A program made the translations under genes and the position numbers. Positions 44,432 through 46,577 of a stretch of DNA of 46,577 bases are shown here, piece by piece. Numbering within the stretch: the first letter of the stretch is position 1; each line of letters begins with the position of its first letter. Source of the stretch: a virus. Taxonomy: Duplodnaviria > Caudoviricetes. Location of the stretch: the IMG/VR virus record IMGVR_UViG_3300037714_000021, positions 1 to 46,577 of that record, one strand, 5' to 3'. The notes below the pieces were generated by a model. That model saw nothing but the letters and a program-made list of their open reading frames with translations. It had not been told where the DNA came from and did no database searches.

Positions 44432-44790
44432 ACCGCACCCCCAGTAGACGAGTGGTGTAACACCCGCCGACTGTCCATCTCGCGGATAGCGTGGACAACT
44501 AGCGTCGTGTCCGCCAGCCACTGCTCCAGCACCTCGAAGTTGCCCTCGTGGATAACCATCGTGCTGCACCCGGCGCGTTCTACTTCGCGCAGGCGGACCC
44601 ACTGTAGCTCGGTGGGTGCGTTGTCGCCCGCCTTGGCCTCGATGGCCAGATAGCGCCCTGTGTGTCCGACCGAGAAGTCGGGCGTGCCGTTGGTGGCCAT
44701 ACCGGTCATTACGGGCATGGTGTAGTAGGCGCCGTGCTTCTTGAGCAGGCGCTTGATTTTGTCCTTGACTTTGCCTTCTGGGGTGGCCAT
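44428..44790 (-). CDS. VRR-NUC domain nuclease / Holliday-junction resolvase
   Basis: TPEGKVK..IK, G.PDF, AIEAKA, PT.LQ; start ATG 44790. Confidence 0.88.
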   Translation of the reverse strand: MATPEGKVKDKIKRLLKKHGAYYTMPVMTGMATNGTPDFSVGHTGRYLAIEAKAGDNAPTELQWVRLREVERAGCSTMVIHEGNFEVLEQWLADTTLVVHAIREMDSRRVLHHSSTGGAV

Positions 44791-45137
44791 CAGCGGCGTC
44801 TCCACACATCGTCTTCGATACTTGGTGGGCAGTCGTTACCCGCTCGGTCGTTGCCGTACGCCACCTCCAACCACTCCAGCGAACTACTGCGGTCCTCGCA
44901 CCGCTTGGTGTCCATCCAAGTTTTCAAAGCGGTACGGGTCTCGTCGCCTTTGTCGCTGGCCGCCCAACCGGATTTGCTACCGTCGGGGCATATGACGAGC
45001 GTCCTGTACCCGTTGGTTACTTCGGCGCTTGGGCCTATAACGCAGGCACCGAGTTTGGTGGCTAGATCTGCCAGTTCGACCAACAACGCCTCCTTCCACC
45101 CTGTCACGATTATTGCGTGGTGAACTACAGTGCCCAT
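44790..45137 (-). CDS. Conserved phage hypothetical protein
   Basis: MG...HHAIIVT...NGY......PDGSK.GW..S..GD..R pattern; AGGAG RBS. Confidence 0.8.
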   Translation of the reverse strand: MGTVVHHAIIVTGWKEALLVELADLATKLGACVIGPSAEVTNGYRTLVICPDGSKSGWAASDKGDETRTALKTWMDTKRCEDRSSSLEWLEVAYGNDRAGNDCPPSIEDDVWRRR

Positions 45138-45147
45138 GTCGATTCTC

Positions 45148-45300
45148 CTACTTGTGTACTAGCCATTGATTTGTGCCTCGATTAGATCCTCTGCGCGTTT
45201 GCGCAGGTAGCTGATACCGCCCAGGGTGCTGAACATATGGTCCCGCACACAGAACGCCGTTATGGTACACCCGTCGGACTTCGGTTAGCTCGTCCATCAT
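45148..45300 (-). pseudogene. Small ORF (50 aa) or frameshifted gene remnant
   Basis: ATG 45300 is coupled to the nuclease stop; the alternative frame KSDGCTITAFCVRDHMFSTLGGISYLRKRAEDLIEAQING* looks more protein-like. Confidence 0.35.
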
Positions 45301-46040
45301 TTACCTCTCCCGTTGTACTCGCAACCAGTAACATCGCACCAACGACCGCAAAGTCCATTAGGTCTCGGCGGAAACACCCCGGTCTCCCAGGCGTGCCGCA
45401 CGTCAGCGGTCTTCGCAGCGAACGTATTCAGGATAGGCTGGATGTCGTCGCGGGTGTACGCCTTGGGTTTGTCGATCGCCTTGTTTGGCGGCAGCTTGGC
45501 CCATATGTAACCAGCCTTCACGGTGTCCACGTTGCCGTAGTCCAGCATAGCCGAGACGCTGTACAAGTCGACCTGCAGCGAGTCGTCTTTCTTCTTTCCT
45601 GTTTTTTTATCAAAAACTTCCGCCAGTCGGCGCTCTGGGTAGATGATCGTGATGTCGATCATGCCGCGCAGCCAGGACGACTTGTCCCAGTAGTCCGAGG
45701 TCTCTCGGTCGTAGCCAATAGCAAACTTGCGCTCTGGGAGGACGTAGCCACCGCGGTCCTTAGCACGCTGCAACAACATTTGACCTATCCACTGATAGTC
45801 GCGGATGTTCTGGCCCGTGTCTTTGTGGGTCTTGTCCGGGTACTGGTAGTTGCCGCCGGCCTTGATGTACGCCTCGAGGCTTTTATGCGCAAGGTCGCCC
45901 CATTCGCCTTCGTAGCTCTGGACGAACTTCACCGACTTGGTGCGGTACTTGGCGTCGTACTGTCGTGGGCACAGCTCGAACACAGCGAGGCTGCTGTGTG
46001 TCTGTGGGGGTAGGGTTACGGTGGGGATTAGGTCGGTCAT
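45297..46040 (-). CDS. PD-(D/E)XK (Cas4/RecB-like) exonuclease
   Basis: HSSL..FE.CPRQY, G...H..LE, E.KF, RG.ID, D.KTGK, Q..LY, LCGRWC.V..C.YN. Confidence 0.88.
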   Translation of the reverse strand: MTDLIPTVTLPPQTHSSLAVFELCPRQYDAKYRTKSVKFVQSYEGEWGDLAHKSLEAYIKAGGNYQYPDKTHKDTGQNIRDYQWIGQMLLQRAKDRGGYVLPERKFAIGYDRETSDYWDKSSWLRGMIDITIIYPERRLAEVFDKKTGKKKDDSLQVDLYSVSAMLDYGNVDTVKAGYIWAKLPPNKAIDKPKAYTRDDIQPILNTFAAKTADVRHAWETGVFPPRPNGLCGRWCDVTGCEYNGRGK

Positions 46041-46303
46041 TTGTCACGCTCTGCCAACATGGCGTCGGCCATTCGGTATGCGTGTTCGGCAAAATGTCGG
46101 TAGTCCCACGTCACCAGATCCTCCCGCGTATATATCGCGCCAACCGTTTCAAGTGCCTTGATTGCAAAATAGTCGCGGGTTGACACCCCGGTAAATTGGC
46201 AGTCCGTACCCGGCTCAACGGTCTCACCAAACATTCTGACGCAGCGGTCTCTCTGGTTGGAGATCAACAACGGGAACGCTGGCCCACCTGTTTTATCAGT
46301 CAT
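46037..46303 (-). CDS. Conserved phage hypothetical protein
   Basis: TGGPAFP...G.S.RDYFA.KA...AY.MADAML.ER pattern; start ATG 46303. Confidence 0.85.
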   Translation of the reverse strand: MTDKTGGPAFPLLISNQRDRCVRMFGETVEPGTDCQFTGVSTRDYFAIKALETVGAIYTREDLVTWDYRHFAEHAYRMADAMLAERDK

Positions 46304-46577
46304 CGCCCTTCTCCTTCTGTTCGTCCGCAAACTCGAGGATCTCGTTGGCTTGGTCTTGCAGCGCGCATACCGCGTCGGTGGTCAGCGTGTGGGTGCCAGG
46401 GATCACCTCGCTATCCAGGTACAGGATGGGGTCGTCCAGCTCCGATGCGTAGTCATCGCCCTTCTCCTTCTGTTCGTCCGCAAACTCGAGGATCTCGTTG
46501 GCTTGGTCTTGCAGCGCGCATACCGCGTCGGTGGTCAGCGTGTGGGTGCCAGGGATCACCTCGCTATCCAGGTACAG
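46296..46577 (-). CDS. Partial acidic hypothetical protein, 5' end outside the window
   Basis: Frame stays open to the window edge; contains a duplicated 42-aa segment. Confidence 0.5.
   Translation of the reverse strand: MYLDSEVIPGTHTLTTDAVCALQDQANEILEFADEQKEKGDDYASELDDPILYLDSEVIPGTHTLTTDAVCALQDQANEILEFADEQKEKGDD
46298..46577. repeat. Exact 127-bp direct repeat with 153-bp period
   Basis: 46298-46424 is identical to 46451-46577. Confidence 0.95.

Noticed and set aside
45297-46040. cas4 of a CRISPR system
   Set aside because: A solo PD-(D/E)XK nuclease in a phage replication module, which is common
1687-46577. Stop-codon reassignment
   Set aside because: Genes are full length and densely packed under the standard code, and TAG, TGA and TAA all end genes
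1-46577. Integrated prophage, att sites or tRNA genes
   Set aside because: No host genes, integrase or cloverleaf seen; lifestyle cannot be decided because the genome appears incomplete

Overview
This is a large, probably incomplete fragment of a tailed dsDNA phage genome (Caudoviricetes, podovirus-like architecture with an N4-gp56-family major capsid protein). The host is likely a Gram-negative proteobacterium, because the tail-fibre tip and its chaperone look Pseudomonas-like. Bases 1-1330 are non-coding and AT-richer. They hold 11 copies of a 19-bp palindrome arranged with mirror symmetry about an AT-rich centre at ~384, plus an IHF consensus site, nested inverted repeats, a sharp G-to-C skew switch and A-tracts. 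This is a candidate origin or packaging nucleoprotein site. A sigma70-type promoter at 1340 precedes a ~310-nt highly base-paired leader (candidate ncRNA). The + strand then runs: lipoprotein, HTH-metallophosphoesterase, mosaic tail-fibre/receptor-binding module, TerS, TerL, portal, scaffold, capsid, adaptor, ejection proteins (one of 2166 aa), holins, GH19 endolysin and further tail proteins (to 34387). The - strand block (34377-46577) carries an HNH nuclease, a DUF927 primase-helicase, an SSB-like protein, an SNF2 helicase, NinX, a stand-alone ligase-Ia-like domain, VRR-NUC, a PD-(D/E)XK nuclease and small accessory genes. I saw no DNA polymerase, integrase, tRNA, CRISPR array or spanin. Both ends stop inside repeats, which suggests assembly breaks. 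All family calls come from motif recognition by eye, not database searches.
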